DNA from: Mustelus asterias
Lineage: Eukaryota
Length of the DNA: 64,000 nt
Direction of reading: 5' to 3'
NCBI RefSeq assembly: GCF_964213995.1
Contig: NW_027590164.1
Location: 744,001 to 808,000, forward strand
Each line of letters starts with the position of its first letter. Position 1 is the first letter of the stretch. The position numbers and the translations under genes are program-made. Positions 22,616 through 35,409 of this stretch are shown here, in pieces. Below the pieces are notes generated by a model that saw only the letters and a list, made by a program, of their open reading frames with translations, had not been told where the DNA came from and did no database searches.

Positions 22616-22792
22616 GTTTATTTGGAATCACGAGGTTTTGGTGCGCTGCTCCTTCATCTGGTGAGTCGCTCACCTGATGAAGGAGCAGCGCTCCAAAAGC
22701 TGGTGATTCCAAATAAACCTGTTGGACTTTAACCTGGTGTTGTGAGACTTCTTACTGTGCTTACCCCAGTCTAACACCGGCATCTCCACCTC
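22616..22792. mobile_element. Short fold-back Penelope-like element with mutated hammerhead
   Basis: Hairpin centred near 22667; CAC-CTGATGA-AGGAGC-AGC-GCTCC-AAAA-GCTG-GTG (GAAA changed to AAAA); same AATAAACCTGTTGGACTTTAACCTGGTG tail as 3750-3795. Confidence 0.75.
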
Positions 22793-22809
22793 ATCCCTTC
22801 ACAGGCAAC

Positions 22810-23120
22810 AGAGGAACTCCGCGCAGGCGCAGTACAGGCCATGTTCTGAGCTTGCGCAGTGGGAGTGCTGGCGATCGGGAGTTCCCTGTTTCTTGTCCTT
22901 GCGGCGGGTAAGGAAGTGACGTGTCCGAGGGAGAGATTGGCGCAAAGGGAGGGCGGAAAGCATTCATAAACACCCAGTGAAGGCTGCAAACCTCGATTAA
23001 GAAGGTTCCAGGCCAGTTCCGAGTTTGTCCTGAGCCGCTCCTCTTCCCGCGGAGACAAACCCGGAAGAACGGCCGCCATCTTTACCGAGGCAAGGTGCAG
23101 CAATGCGCATGTGCAATGCT
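22810..23120 (+). promoter_or_regulatory. Promoter and first exon of ZNF 24358
   Basis: GCGCAGGCGCA, CTTGCGCAGT, donor GG/GTAAGG near 22908, ETS-like CCGGAAG, YY1 GGCCGCCATCTT near 23072, TGCGCATGTGCA. Confidence 0.7.
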
Positions 23121-23449
23121 CCCTGCCAGCAGGAGGAGAGATTGTGAATGTCTGTCCTGGAATGACAGTGTTGGATTTTGAAACTCCTTTTACAGCGTTT
23201 AGAGTTTGTTTATTAGTGTCACAAGTAGACTTACGTTGACACTGCATTTGAAGTTATTGTGAAAATCCCCTAGTCGCCACACTCCAGTGCCTGTTCGGGT
23301 GTACTGAGGGAGTTAGAGGGGGAGGATTTGTCAACGGGAATTTCAAGCCAAGCGTCACGTCAACATTGATAGAATCTCCGGATTCATTCGGATCTGGATA
23401 GTACACAAAGGTAATTTCTGTTCATCCAGCATTGGATACCATAAGTGTT

Positions 23450-23920
23450 AAAGAACAAAGAAAATACAGCACAGGAATAGACCCTTCGGCCCTCCAAGCC
23501 TGTGCCGATCATGGTGCCCTAAATTATCTAAAACGTACCTTCTGCCCTTACTTGGTCCGTATCCCTCTATTCCCTCCCTATTCATTACCCATCCAGATGC
23601 CTCTTAAATGTCGCTAATGTGCCTGCTTCCACCACCTCCTCTGGCAGCACGTTCCAGGCACCCACCACTCTCTGCATGAAAAACGTCCCCCACACATCTC
23701 CCTTAAACTGCCCCCCTCTCACCTTGAACCTGTGCCCCCTTATAATTGACACTTTCACCCTGAGAAAAAGCCCTGTCTATGCCTTTCAGAATTTTGTAGA
23801 CCTCTGACCTCTATCAGATCTCCCTCTGCCTCCATCTTTGCAGTGAAAACAATCCTAGTTTATTCAACCACTCCTCATAGCTGACCCCCTCGAGACCAGC
23901 CAACATCCTGGTCAACCTTC
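23450..23920 (-). mobile_element. CR1 3' fragment
   Basis: CR1 tail and RGHRFKV-coding region on minus strand. Confidence 0.85.
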
Positions 23921-24357
23921 AGTCAGGATAGTGTGAGTGCCAGTGATGATGTTCACAGACTCCTGTTACCCTGGTCTCTCTAAGTGATAGAGGTTGAGGG
24001 TTTGGGCGATTTTAAAGAAGTCCTGGTTGATTGTAGCTATGACTCCCCCTGTCTCTTCCATCTTCTCCTTCTCACCCCTTTCCCTGAAGGAAATTAGTGA
24101 ACCAGTTGCGTTTTTACAACAATCCGGCAGCTTTCATGGTCACGTTTTCCTCGTGCCGGCCCCACAAATTACCAGGTTCATTCAGCTCAATTTCACAACC
24201 TGTTTTTGTGGGTTCTCTCTCACTCCCTTTTTTCTGTTTTAAATCAATTTCACAGAGTTTCGGGAGGGCTTGGAGTCAGGAGATTCAAACCATATATCAC
24301 ATCCGGATCTGACAGTCGCACAACTTATAACAACGTAAATATCATCAGATTTTGAAT

Positions 24358-25788
24358 ATGGCAGAAAAAAGCACTGTTCACACTGGGGAGAAACCGTACA
24401 CGTGTTCTGTGTGTGCAAGAGGCTTCAGCCGATTATCTTACCTGTCGATACACAATCGCAGTCACACCAGGAAGAAACCGTGGAAATGTGAGGACTGTGG
24501 GAAGAGATTCCAATCCCCATCTCACCTGGAAATGCATTGCCGCAGTCACACTGGGGAGAAACCATTCATCTGCTCCGACTGTGGGAAGGGATTCACTCAG
24601 TTAACCAACTTGCTGAGACACCAGCAAGTCCACAGTGGGAAGAGGCCAATGACCTCCTCTGAGTGTGGGATGAAACGCCAGCGAGTTCAGACCAGGGAGA
24701 AGCCATTCATTTGCTCCGAGTGTGGGAAGAGATTCTCAAGGTCACCTAACCTGCTCGCACACCAGCGGGTTCACACTGAGGACAGACCTTTTAAATGCCC
24801 TGACTGTGGGAAGTGCTTTAAAAGTGCTGGGGAACTCATGTCCCATCAACGTGTTCACACTGACGAGAGACCGTTCAGATGCTCTCACTGCGGGAGTGGG
24901 TTCAAGACATCCTACGCCCTAACTAAACACCAACGCACTCACACTGATGAGAGACCTTTCAGATGCTCTCAGTGTGGCACTGCATTCAGGCAATCGAGTA
25001 ACCTGTCTGTACACCAGCGCATTCACACTGGGGAGAGGCCATTCTCCTGCTCTCAATGTGGGAAGAGATTCACTCACTCATCTAGTCTGCAGAGACACCA
25101 GCGAGTTCACACTCATGAGAAACCTTACATCTGCTCCAAATGTGGGAAGGGATTCAGTCAGTCCACCAACTTGCTGACACACCAGCAAGTTCACACGACT
25201 GAGAGACCATTTAAATGCCCAGAATGTGGGAAGTGCTATAAAAGTTCTGCGAAGCTGCTGTGCCATCAACGTATTCACACTGATGAGACACCGTTCAGGT
25301 GCTCTCACTGTGGGACTGGATTCAAGACATCACCTGCCCTCACATCACATCAGCGCACTCATACTGAGGAGAGACCTTTTAAATGCGCAGAATGTGGGAA
25401 ATGCTTTAAAAGTTCAGGGGAACTGGTACGCCATCAACGAGTTCACACTGAGGAGAGACCTTTTAAATGTCCAGACTGCGGGAAGGGCTTTAAAATTTCC
25501 AGCAATCTGGTGTCCCATCAACGCGTTCACACTGGGGAGAGACCTTTCAGGTGCTCTGATTGTGGGACTGCATTCAGAGAATTATGTCACCTCACTGTAC
25601 ACCAGCGCACTCACACTGGGGAGAGGCCGTTCACCTGCTCAGAATGTGGAAAGGGATTCTCTCATTCATTCAACTTGCTGATACACCAGCGTGTTCACAC
25701 TGGGGAGAGGCCATACATCTGCTCTGTGTGTGGGAAGGGATTCGCTCATTCATCCAATCTGCTGACACACCAGCGAGTTCACAAGTGA
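24358..25788 (+). CDS. Tandem C2H2 zinc-finger protein, 16 intact fingers plus 1 degenerate
   Basis: Open 476-aa frame from ATG 24358 ([14 protein letters not shown]); acceptor AG 24254-24255. Confidence 0.9.
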   Translation: MAEKSTVHTGEKPYTCSVCARGFSRLSYLSIHNRSHTRKKPWKCEDCGKRFQSPSHLEMHCRSHTGEKPFICSDCGKGFTQLTNLLRHQQVHSGKRPMTSSECGMKRQRVQTREKPFICSECGKRFSRSPNLLAHQRVHTEDRPFKCPDCGKCFKSAGELMSHQRVHTDERPFRCSHCGSGFKTSYALTKHQRTHTDERPFRCSQCGTAFRQSSNLSVHQRIHTGERPFSCSQCGKRFTHSSSLQRHQRVHTHEKPYICSKCGKGFSQSTNLLTHQQVHTTERPFKCPECGKCYKSSAKLLCHQRIHTDETPFRCSHCGTGFKTSPALTSHQRTHTEERPFKCAECGKCFKSSGELVRHQRVHTEERPFKCPDCGKGFKISSNLVSHQRVHTGERPFRCSDCGTAFRELCHLTVHQRTHTGERPFTCSECGKGFSHSFNLLIHQRVHTGERPYICSVCGKGFAHSSNLLTHQRVHK

Positions 25789-25871
25789 GTGGATTTTGCC
25801 ATCAATTACATCCAGAAATGAACCCTATTCATTGGGCTCTGTTTCTGCTGATGCTAATAAACTCCATCTCA

Positions 25872-26140
25872 GGGCGGCACGGTAACAGTTGTTGGCACTG
25901 CTGCTTCACGGCGCTAGGGACCCGAGTTCAATTCCGGCCCTGGAATGCCGGATGACTGCGTGGATTTCCTCCGGCAGTCCAAAGGTTTGTGGGTCAGGTT
26001 GATTGGCCATGCTAAGTGGCTCCTCATTGTCAGGGGGATTAGCAGGGCAAATACATGGAGTTACGGGGATAGGGCCTGGATGGGATTGTTATCAGTGTAT
26101 GCTCAATGGGCCAAATGGCCTCCTTCTGCACTTAGGTATT
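25872..26140 (+). mobile_element. Degenerate HE1-type SINE
   Basis: GGGCGGCACGGTA head, internal deletion, tail. Confidence 0.75.
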
Positions 26141-26159
26141 CCAGATTTGTGTTAAACAT

Positions 26160-27410
26160 CAAAGAACAAAGAAAATTACAGCACAGGAGCAGGCCCTTTG
26201 GCCCTCCAAGCCTGCACCGACCATGCTGCCTGACTTAACTAAAACCCCCTACCCTTCCGGGGACCATATCTGTCTATTTCCATCCTTTTCATGTACTTGT
26301 CAAGATGCCCCTTAAAAGTCACTACCGTATCCGCTTCCACTACCACCCCCGGCAACGGGTTCCAGGCACCCACTACTCTCTGCGTAAAAAATCTGCCTCG
26401 TGCATCTCCTTTAAACCTTGCACCTCGCACCTTAAACCTATGCCCCCTAGTAATTGATTCTTCCACCCTGGGAAAAAGCTTCTGACTATCCACTCTGTCC
26501 ATGCCTCTCATAATCTTGTAGGACTTCTATCAGGTCTCCCCTCAACCTCTGTCACTCCAGTGAGAACAAACCAAGTTTCTCCAACCTCTCCAAATAGCGA
26601 ATGCCCTCCATACCAGGCAACATCCTGGTAAATCTTTTCTACACCCTCTCCAAAGCCTCCATATCCTTCTGGTAGTGTGGCGACCAGTATTGAACACTAT
26701 ATTCCAAGTGCGGTCTAACTAAGGTTCTATAAAGCTGCAACATGACTTGCCAATTTTTAAACTCAATACCCCGGCCGATGAAGGCAAGCATGCCATATGC
26801 CTTCTTGACGACCTTCTCCACCTGCATTGCCACTTTCAGTGGGCTGTGTACCCGTACACCCAGATCCCTTTGCCTATGAATACTCTTAAGGGTTCTGCCA
26901 TTTACTGTATATTTCCCATCTGTATTAGACCTTCCAAAATGCATTACCTCACATTTGTCCGGATTGAACTCCATCTGCCATCTCTCCGTCCAAGTCTCCA
27001 ACTGATCTATATTCTGCTGTATCCTCTGATGGTCCTCATCGCTATCCGCAAATCCACCAACCTTTGTGTCGTCCGCAAACTTACTAATCAAACCAGTTAC
27101 ATTTTCCTCCAAATCATTTATATATATTACAAACAGCAAAGGTCCCAGCACTGATCCCTGAGGAACACCACTTGTCACAGCCCCCCATTCAGAAACACAC
27201 CCTTCCCCTTCTACCCTCTGTCTTCTTTGACTGAGCCAGTTTTGTATCCACCTTGCTCGCTCACCTCTGATCCCATGCGACTTCACTTTCTGCACCAGTC
27301 TGCCGTGAGGGACCTTGTCAAAGGCCTTACTGAAGTCCATGTAGACACCATACTCTGCCCTACCCTCATCAATCATCTTCGTCACTTCCTCGAAAAACTC
27401 GATCAAGTTC
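26160..27410 (-). mobile_element. CR1 RT and 3' fragment
   Basis: ORFs 26639-27406 and 26239-26511 with CR1 RT motifs. Confidence 0.93.
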
Positions 27411-27684
27411 GAAAAATATTCACATCGTGAATATTTTTAATAACTCTAATACAAGTCAGTTCCTTTTGAAGGGCTCTCCCCTGTTTCCTCCATCCTCACC
27501 TCCAACAACAAGTGTGAGGAGCTCATGGAAATGCTTTGTCACTAAGATTGAGATAATCCAATCAGCTCTCCCTGCTGCTTTGCTCCATTCCATTAGCCCA
27601 ACGGGCCAAACTGTCTCTAAACATCCCTCTTGTCTGAGCCCCGAACTCCCACTTTTCTCCATCCAGTCTCCACACACACCAGTG

Positions 27685-28352
27685 GGTTCATACTGCCGAG
27701 AGAGGATTTAAATGCTGAGACTGTGACAGGAGCTTTAAAAACCCACATTCACTGATGGTTCACCAGTGCATTCAGTCCGTTCCACTCCACTCATCTGCTC
27801 TCAGTGCAGGAAGAGGTTCAGGTGATTGTCCATCCTGCAGCAACAGCAGAGAGTTCGCACCAGGGAGAGGTCATTCACCTGCTCCATGTGTGGGAAGCAA
27901 TTCACTGATTCATTCATTTTGTTAACACACCAGTGAGTTCACACTGATGGAATAAGTTTCAAATGTCTGGATTGTGGGAAATGTTTTAAAATTTCTATGA
28001 ATCTGATGTGCTATCAGCAGGTTCACACTGACAGCAGACCATCCAGAGTCTCTCACTATGGGACTGGGTTCAGCTGGTCATGTGAACTCAGTGTCCACCA
28101 GTGCACTCACTCTGAGAGAGGCTATTCACCTGCTCCATGTTTAACAAGAGATTTACTCAGTCATCCCACTTCACTGCACATCAACTTGTTCACACTGATA
28201 AGGAACTTTTTCAAACTTCTGACTGTGAGCAGAGATTTAAATGCAAAATGTATCTGCTGATACACAAACACATTCACAGGCTGTTCACTTGCTCCATGTG
28301 AGAAGAGATTCATTTGGTTACCTCACATTCTGACACACCAGCAAGTTCATAA
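27685..28352 (+). pseudogene. Decayed C2H2 zinc-finger array
   Basis: GAGAGGTCATTCACCTGCTCCATGTGTGGGAAG and CACCAG.GAGTTCACACT repeats with stops and frameshifts; followed by the family 3' block. Confidence 0.85.
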
Positions 28353-29384
28353 GTTACTACAGGGGCTGGATTCTGCTGTTATTGCTGCTGCTGTGAATCA
28401 CATTCAGGACTGGACTTTGTTCATTCTGATATTTGGAATTTGTTTCTAATTATGTTCATAATCCCTGTAACTGGACTGGAGTTTAATATTCTAAATAAAT
28501 GTGAAATAAAACAGTGATATTTGAATACATAGTTGCAGATGTTCATCTTTCCCAGCTGAATGTTTAACATTGCCTGGCTGGAGCGCAGAAGGGGCAATCT
28601 GGGGGAGGTTCACACAGCAGGAACAGAACTGCAGTCTGTTCCTGCCATAGGGTCACACTGAGAGGGACAAACAGCACTTTGGACTTTCTCATCTCTCTTC
28701 ACTGACAGCAAAGTGGGTTAATCCTGAGGTGTGTAAGAAATGTGTCCCAACTGCTCTTTTCTATAGTCCAGAGCTCCTAAACATGGAACAGAAGGCTCTT
28801 TTATAACTATGTTTCGAGTCAGGTGAACAATTCTGAAAGAAAATCAAAATATTACAGATGCTGGAAATCGGAAATAAAAACAAAGCAAGAAAAACTCAGC
28901 AGGTTTGGTAGCATCTCTGCAGAAACAGAGCTAATGTTTTGGAACTGAAGAGTCATATTGGACTGGAAACATTGACTCTGTTTCTGTCTTTACAAATTCC
29001 GTCACAGCTGCCAAGCGTTTGCAAAAATTTTGAACAACGGTGAAGGCTGGAAATGTGCTGTCAAATCAAAGATTAGTGTGAAACTGGGACGTGTTCCTGA
29101 CTGAAAGTGAAACAGCAGGTTTAAATTTCCAGATGACAAATGATTGTGGTAATTACACTGCACACTATTTCAAGAAAGATGTTAAGTAATTTAAAATAAG
29201 CCTGTTTAAATATATTTTCATAGAAAATAGGAACAGGAGTAAGCCATTCTCGGCCAGGCCAGTCATTCTGATCATGGACCACAAAAGATGTATTTGTATT
29301 TGACAACATCAAGTGGCAATGGCGGTGCCATTACCCAGCGTGCACCGAGAGGGTGACGATACCCTATCTTCAATACAGGAGATC

Positions 29385-29785
29385 ATTGCGCAGGCTCAGT
29401 GCCTCTCTGACTGGAGCATGCGCAGTGCGGTGTAGGCAGTGGTCGGATGGGGTGGTGTCGGAGCAGCAGGGAGAGTAGAAACTGATTGTAGACACCGGGT
29501 GAGTGAGATTAAATGGAGCCTGAGAATCAAAAGGGAGGACTCATAAACACCCGGTATAGGAAGCGGAGCTTTCATAAACATCGGATATTAGCTTCAAACC
29601 ACAAATAAGACGCCCGAGGCCCTGCCTGACCGATTTTGCAGTCTCCATCTTTAGAGAAAAATGGGCAGCGTGACCGCCATATTTATTGGGGGCAATGGAC
29701 AGCAGGGCGGTGGCCATCTTTATAGGGGGCAATGGGCAACAGGGCGCATGTGCAGCCACCACCTCCATAGGGGGCAGTGGGCATT
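29385..29785 (+). promoter_or_regulatory. Promoter and first exon, probably of ZNF 34372
   Basis: TGCGCAGGCTCAGT...GAGCATGCGCAGTG, donor GG/GTGAGT near 29499, YY1-like CCGCCATATTT and GGCCATCTTT, GCGCATGTGCA. Confidence 0.65.
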
Positions 29786-29979
29786 GATTCCAGAAGTTAG
29801 TTCCTGGCCTCTAGAATTGGTCTCTTTTCCATTAAGCCACAGAAACATTGAATTATTGCACTACAGAAAATGACTAACCAGTCATGCATGCGCTGGTTCT
29901 CTACAAGGGAATCAGCTCATCCCACTACCCTGTCTTTTCACTAACAAGACCAACAGAAAATATTTCCCATCCCCAAAAC

Positions 29980-30303
29980 GGGCGGCGCGGTAGCACAGTG
30001 GTTAGCACTGCTGCTTCACAGCTCCAGGGACCTGGGTTCGATTCCCGGCTTGTGTCACTGTCTCCTCGTGTCTGCGTGGGTTTCCTCCGGGAGCTCCGGT
30101 TTCCTTCCACAGTCCAAAGATGTGCCGGTTAGGTTGATTGGCAATGCTAAAAAAAATTGCCCCTTAGTGTCCTGGGATGCGTAGATTAGAGGGATTAGCG
30201 GGTAAAATATGTAGGGATATGGGGGTAGGGCCTGGGTGGGATTGTGGTTGGTGCAGACTCGATGGGCCGAATGGCCTCTGTTTGTGCTGTAGGGTTTCTA
30301 TGA
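29980..30303 (+). mobile_element. HE1-type SINE
   Basis: Head, V core, tail. Confidence 0.9.
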
Positions 30304-30364
30304 AATTACCTGTGGAGAAGATTATGTTTTATCTTCTTGAAGAAGAAAAAAAGGACCTCACACG

Positions 30365-30652
30365 GGGTGGCACAGTGGCACATAGCTGCCTCACAGCGCC
30401 AGGGACCCGGGTTCGATTCCTGGCTTGAGTCTGTGTGCAATTTGTATGTTCTTCCTGTGTCTGCGTCGGTTTCCTCTGGGTGCTCTGATTTTCTCCCACA
30501 GTCCAAAAGACGCGCTGGTTAGGTGCATTGCCATGCTAAAGTTGTCCCTTAGTGCACCCGAACAGGTGGTGGAATGTGGCGACTAGGGGATTTTCACAGT
30601 AACTTCATTGCAGTATTAATGTAATCCTACTTGTGACACCAATAAACAAAAA
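30365..30652 (+). mobile_element. V-domain SINE, alternative tail
   Basis: GGCGACTAGGGGATTTTCACAGTAACTTCATTGCAG tail. Confidence 0.85.
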
Positions 30653-31319
30653 ACAGCTGCAGTCCATGTGGTGAAGGTGCTCCCCTTTAGGTCAAGAGTT
30701 ACAGGCTATTCACCCAGTGATGATGAAGGGACAGTGATACATCTCCAAATCAATAATTACAATGTGTATTTATACAGCATCGTTCATGTACTGGAGCATT
30801 CTGAGGCGTTTCTCAGGTGTGTTATAAAGCAACATTTGACAGAGTCATGTGAGCAGACATGAGGGTGGATGGGTGAAGGCTTGGTTAAAGAGGTAGTTTT
30901 AATGAGTATCTTAAAGGGGGGAAGGATGACACAGAGGGGGAGCAGTTTAGGGGGAAATTCCAAAGATTATGGCCTTGGTAACTGGGAGTGCGGACACGTA
31001 TGATGGAGTGATTAAAACTGTGAATGCTGAGGAAGCCGGAATGAAAGGAATGCTGAGATATTGGAGGGTTGTGAGGCGAGAGGAGATTACAGAGATAGGG
31101 AGGGGTGAAACCATGGAGGTACTTGAGGACAAGGATGAGAAATTTAAAATGTTGATTCATAAACAGGAGCCTTTGTAGCACAGGGGTGGTGGGTGAACAA
31201 GATTTGGAATGAGTAAACATGTGGGCAGCAGAATTGTGATGACCTCAAGTTAATAGACAGGTTGAGTGAGGGAGACCGGCCAGGGGTGTGTTAGAATTAT
31301 TAAGTCTAATGGTAACAAG

Positions 31320-33878
31320 CACTCAGATCGTGCATGGATCAGCTGGCGGGGGTATTCGCAGACATCATCAACCTCTCTTTACAACAATCTGAGGTCCTAT
31401 CTGCTTCAAGAAGATGACCATCATCTCAGTACCAAAGAAAAGCCAAGCAGCGTGCCTTAATGACTATCATCCGGTGGGTCTAACATCCATCATTATGAAG
31501 TGCTTCGAAAGGTTAGTCATGGTACGAATCAATTCCAGCCTCTCGGACTGCCTGGATCCACTACAGTTCGCCTACCACCCAACAAGTCCACAGCAGACAC
31601 CAATTCCCTGGCTCTGCACTCAACCCTGGAACATCGAGATTACAAAGACAGTGATGTCAGACTCCTATTTATTGACTACAGTTCAGCCTTCAACATCATT
31701 ATTCCCACAAAACTCATCTCCAAACTCCGTGGCCTGGGTCTCGGCATCTCCCTCTGCGACTGGATGCTGAGCTTCCTAACCCACAGACCACAATCAGTAA
31801 GGACAGGCACAACACCTCCTCCACGATCATCCTCAACACCGGTGCCCCACAAGGCTGTGTTCTCAGCCCCGACTATACTCCTTATACACCTATGACTGTG
31901 CGGCTAAATTTCCCTCCAAGTCGATTTTCAGGTTTGCTGGTGACACCACCGTAGTGGGTCGGATCTCCAACAATGACAAGACAGAATACAGGAATGAGAT
32001 AGAGAATCTGTTGAACTGGTGCAGTAACAATAATCTCCCCCTCATTGTAAACAGAAATGAAGGAGATTGCCATCGACATAAGGAAACATAGTGGAGAACG
32101 TGTCCTGTCTATATCAACGGGGATGAAGTAGAAATGGTCGAAAGCTTCATGTTTTTAGGTGCCCAGATCATTAACAACCTGTCCTGGTCCCCCCAAGCCA
32201 ACACTATAGTTAAGAAAGCCCACCAACACCTCTACTTTCTCAGAAGACGAAGGAAAATCTCGCAGGATCCAGGGTGAGGTAGCTAAATGGATACAAAATT
32301 GGCTTGATGACAGAAGCCAGAGGGGAGTTGTAGAGGGTTGTTTTTCAAACTGGAGACCTGTGACCAGCGGAGTGCCTCAGGGATCGGTGCTGGGTCCACT
32401 GTTATTTGTCATTTATATGAATGATTTGGATGAGAATATAAGAGGCATGGTTAGTAAGTTTGCAGATGACACCAAGATTGGTGGCATAGTGGACAGTGAA
32501 GAAGGTTATCCAGGATTGCAACGGGATCTTGATCAATTGGGTCAGTGGGCTGACGAATGGCAGATGGAGTTTAATTTAGATAAATGCGACGTATTGCATT
32601 TTGGTAGATTGAACCAGGGCAGGACTTACTCAGTTAATGGTAGGCCATTGGGGAGAGTTACAGAACAAAGAGATCTAGGGGTACAGGTTCACAGCTCATT
32701 GACAGTGGAGTCACAGGTGGACAGAGTGGTGAAGAAGGCATTCGGCATGCTTGGTTTCATTGGTCAGAACATTGAATACAGGAGTTGTTGAAGTTGTACA
32801 AGACATTGGTTTGGCCACACTTGGAATACTGTGTTCAGTTCTGGTCACCCTATTATAGAAAGGATATTATTAAACTCGAAAGAGTGCAGAAGAGATTTAC
32901 TAGGATGCTACCGGGACTTGATGGATTGAGTTATAAGGAGAGCTGGATAGACTGGGACTTTTTTTCTCTGGAGCGTAGAAGGCTGAGGTGTGACCTTATA
33001 GAGGTCTATAAAATAATGAGAGGCATAGATGAGCTAGATAGTCAATATCGTTTCCCAAAGGTAGGGGAGTCTAAAACTAGAGGGCATAGGTTTAAGTTGA
33101 GAGGGGAGAAATACAAAAGGATCCAGAGGGGCAACTTTTTCACACAGAGGGTGGCGAGTGTCTGGAACAAGCTGCCAGAGTAGAGGCGGGTACAATATTG
33201 TCTTTTAAAAACCGTTTAGACAGTTACATGGGTAAGATGGGGAAAGAGGGATAAGGGCCAATTGCGGGCAATTGGGACTAGCTTAGCAGTTTTTAAAAAA
33301 GCGCAGCATGGCAAGTTGGGCCTAAGGGCCTGTTTCCATGAGGTAAACCTGTATGACTATGAAATTTGGCATGTTAGCTGTGACTTTCACCAACTTTTAC
33401 AGATGCACCATAGAAAGAATTAGCATCAGCTTGGTATGGCTCCTGCTCTGCCCAAGACCGCAAGGAACTACAGAAGGTCATGAATGTAGCCCAATCCATC
33501 ACTCAAACCAGCCTCCCATCCATTGACTCTGTCTACACTTCCCGCTGCCTCGGCAAAGCAGCCAGCTTAATTAAGGACTCCATGCACCCCGGACATTCTC
33601 TCTTCCACCTTCTTCCGTCGGGAAAGAGATACAAAAGTCTGAGGTCACGTACCAACCGACTCGAGGACAGCTTCTTCCCTGCTGCCATCAGACTTTTGAA
33701 TGGACCTACGTTGCATTAAGTTGATCTTTCTTTCCACCCTAGCTATAACTGTAGCACTACAGTCTCGTTTCCTTCTCTATGAACGGTATGCTTTGTCTGT
33801 ATAGCACACAGGAAACAATACTTTTCACTGTATGTTAATACATGTGACAATAATAAATCAAATCAAAACAAAACAAAG
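31320..33878 (+). mobile_element. Rex1/Babar LINE fragment (31320-32257 and 33362-33878)
   Basis: [54 protein letters not shown]; AAATC tail. Confidence 0.9.
32258..33361 (+). mobile_element. CR1 3' fragment nested in Rex1
   Basis: ORFs 32360-32791 and 32785-33183 with SGVPQGSVLGP, KFADD; (ATGACT)n tail. Confidence 0.92.
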
Positions 33879-34371
33879 GAATGGGTGATGGTTTCAGCCG
33901 CAGATGAACTGAGAGTAGACTGGAGTTGGGTGATGTTACTGAGGTGGAACTGGTCTTGGTAATGATGTGGATTTGTGGTCAGATTCTCAGGTTGGGTGAA
34001 ATATTTTGCTATGTGAACAGTCTGGCTCAGTCTCAGACAGTTACCGAGGAGAGGGATGGAGTCAGTGGGTAGAATTTGTAGCAGAGAGCGGTGACAATAA
34101 CTGCACTTTTCCCAGGATTAAAATGGAGGAAAATTCTAGCCCAGAGCTGGAGAGATTTTTCAGGGAATCAAAGGATTCGGGGAGGGGGTGGGAAATTGGA
34201 GGTAAAACCAGCTCAATTTCACAACCTGCCTTTCTGTTTTTGAGAGTTCTCTCTCACTCCCTTTTTTCTGTTTTAAATCAATTTCACAGGGCGTTAGAAG
34301 GGGAAGATTTGCAGTCAGGGAAACTGAAACCAAACATCACATCAGGATCTGAATATCATCGGGTTTTTAAC

Positions 34372-35409
34372 ATGCAAGAAAACAGCAATGTTCACAGTGT
34401 AGATAAACCGTGGAAATCTGGGGACTGTGAGCAGGGATTCAGATCCCTGTCTGAGCTGGAAACTCATCAGCCCTGTCACACTGGGGAGAGGCCATTCACC
34501 TGCCCTGAGTGTGGGAAGGGATTCACTTGGTCATCCAACCTGTTGAGGCACCAGCGTGTTCATAATGCGCAGAAGCCATTCACCTGTCCCGAGTGTGGGA
34601 AGGGATTCACTCGATCATCTGGGCTGCAACAACACCACCGAGTTCACACTGGGGAGAGGCCATTCACCTGCTCCAAGTGTGGGAAGGGATTTACTGATTC
34701 ATCCACTCTGCTGAAACATCAGCAAGTTCACACTGATGAGAGACCGTTTAAATGCCCGGACTGTGGGAAGTGCTATAAAAGTTCTCAGAACCTAATGCGA
34801 CATCAGCATGTTCACACTGACGAGAGACCCTTCAGATGCTCTCACTGTGAGACTGGGTTCAGACAATCATCTGAACTCACTGCACATCAGCGAATTCACA
34901 CTGGGGAGAAGCCGTTCATCTGTTGCAAATGTGGGAAGAGATTCACTCGATCATCAGGGCTTCTACAACACAATCGAGTTCACACAGGGGAGAGAACATT
35001 CACTTGGTCCAAATGTGGGAAGGGATTCAGCGATTCGTCCACTCTGCTGAAACACCAGCAAGTTCACACTGACGAGAGACCTTTTAAATGTGCTGACTGC
35101 GAGAAATGCTATAAAGGTTCTGTGGACCTGATGCGCCATCAGCTTGTTCACACTGACGAGAGACCGTTCAGGTGCTCTCACTGCGGGACTGGGTTTAGAC
35201 AATTATGTCAACTGACTGCACACCAGCGGGTTCACACTGGGGAGAAGCCATTCATCTGTTTGCAGTGTGAGAAAGGATTCACTCAATCAGCCACCCTGCA
35301 GAGACACCAGCGAATTCACACTGGGGAGAGACCATTCACCTGCTTCGTGTGTGGGAAGAGATTCGCTCGCTCATCCACCCTGATGAGTCACCAGCGAGTT
35401 CACAAATAA
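34372..35409 (+). CDS. Tandem C2H2 zinc-finger protein, 12 finger units (10 intact)
   Basis: Open frame from acceptor AG 34288-34289; first ATG in the exon at 34372. Confidence 0.87.
   Translation: MQENSNVHSVDKPWKSGDCEQGFRSLSELETHQPCHTGERPFTCPECGKGFTWSSNLLRHQRVHNAQKPFTCPECGKGFTRSSGLQQHHRVHTGERPFTCSKCGKGFTDSSTLLKHQQVHTDERPFKCPDCGKCYKSSQNLMRHQHVHTDERPFRCSHCETGFRQSSELTAHQRIHTGEKPFICCKCGKRFTRSSGLLQHNRVHTGERTFTWSKCGKGFSDSSTLLKHQQVHTDERPFKCADCEKCYKGSVDLMRHQLVHTDERPFRCSHCGTGFRQLCQLTAHQRVHTGEKPFICLQCEKGFTQSATLQRHQRIHTGERPFTCFVCGKRFARSSTLMSHQRVHK

Larger units (their letters stand above)
30755..34130 (-). mobile_element. Old L2-like LINE 3' fragment (30755-31320 and about 33880-34130), split by Rex1
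   Basis: Translation FKFLILVLKYLHGFTPPYLCNLL typical of L2 ORF2 C-terminus. Confidence 0.65.

Noticed and set aside
34006-34289. N-terminal extension of the 467-aa ORF as an effector domain
   Set aside because: Lies upstream of the family splice acceptor and overlaps L2/SINE-derived intron sequence
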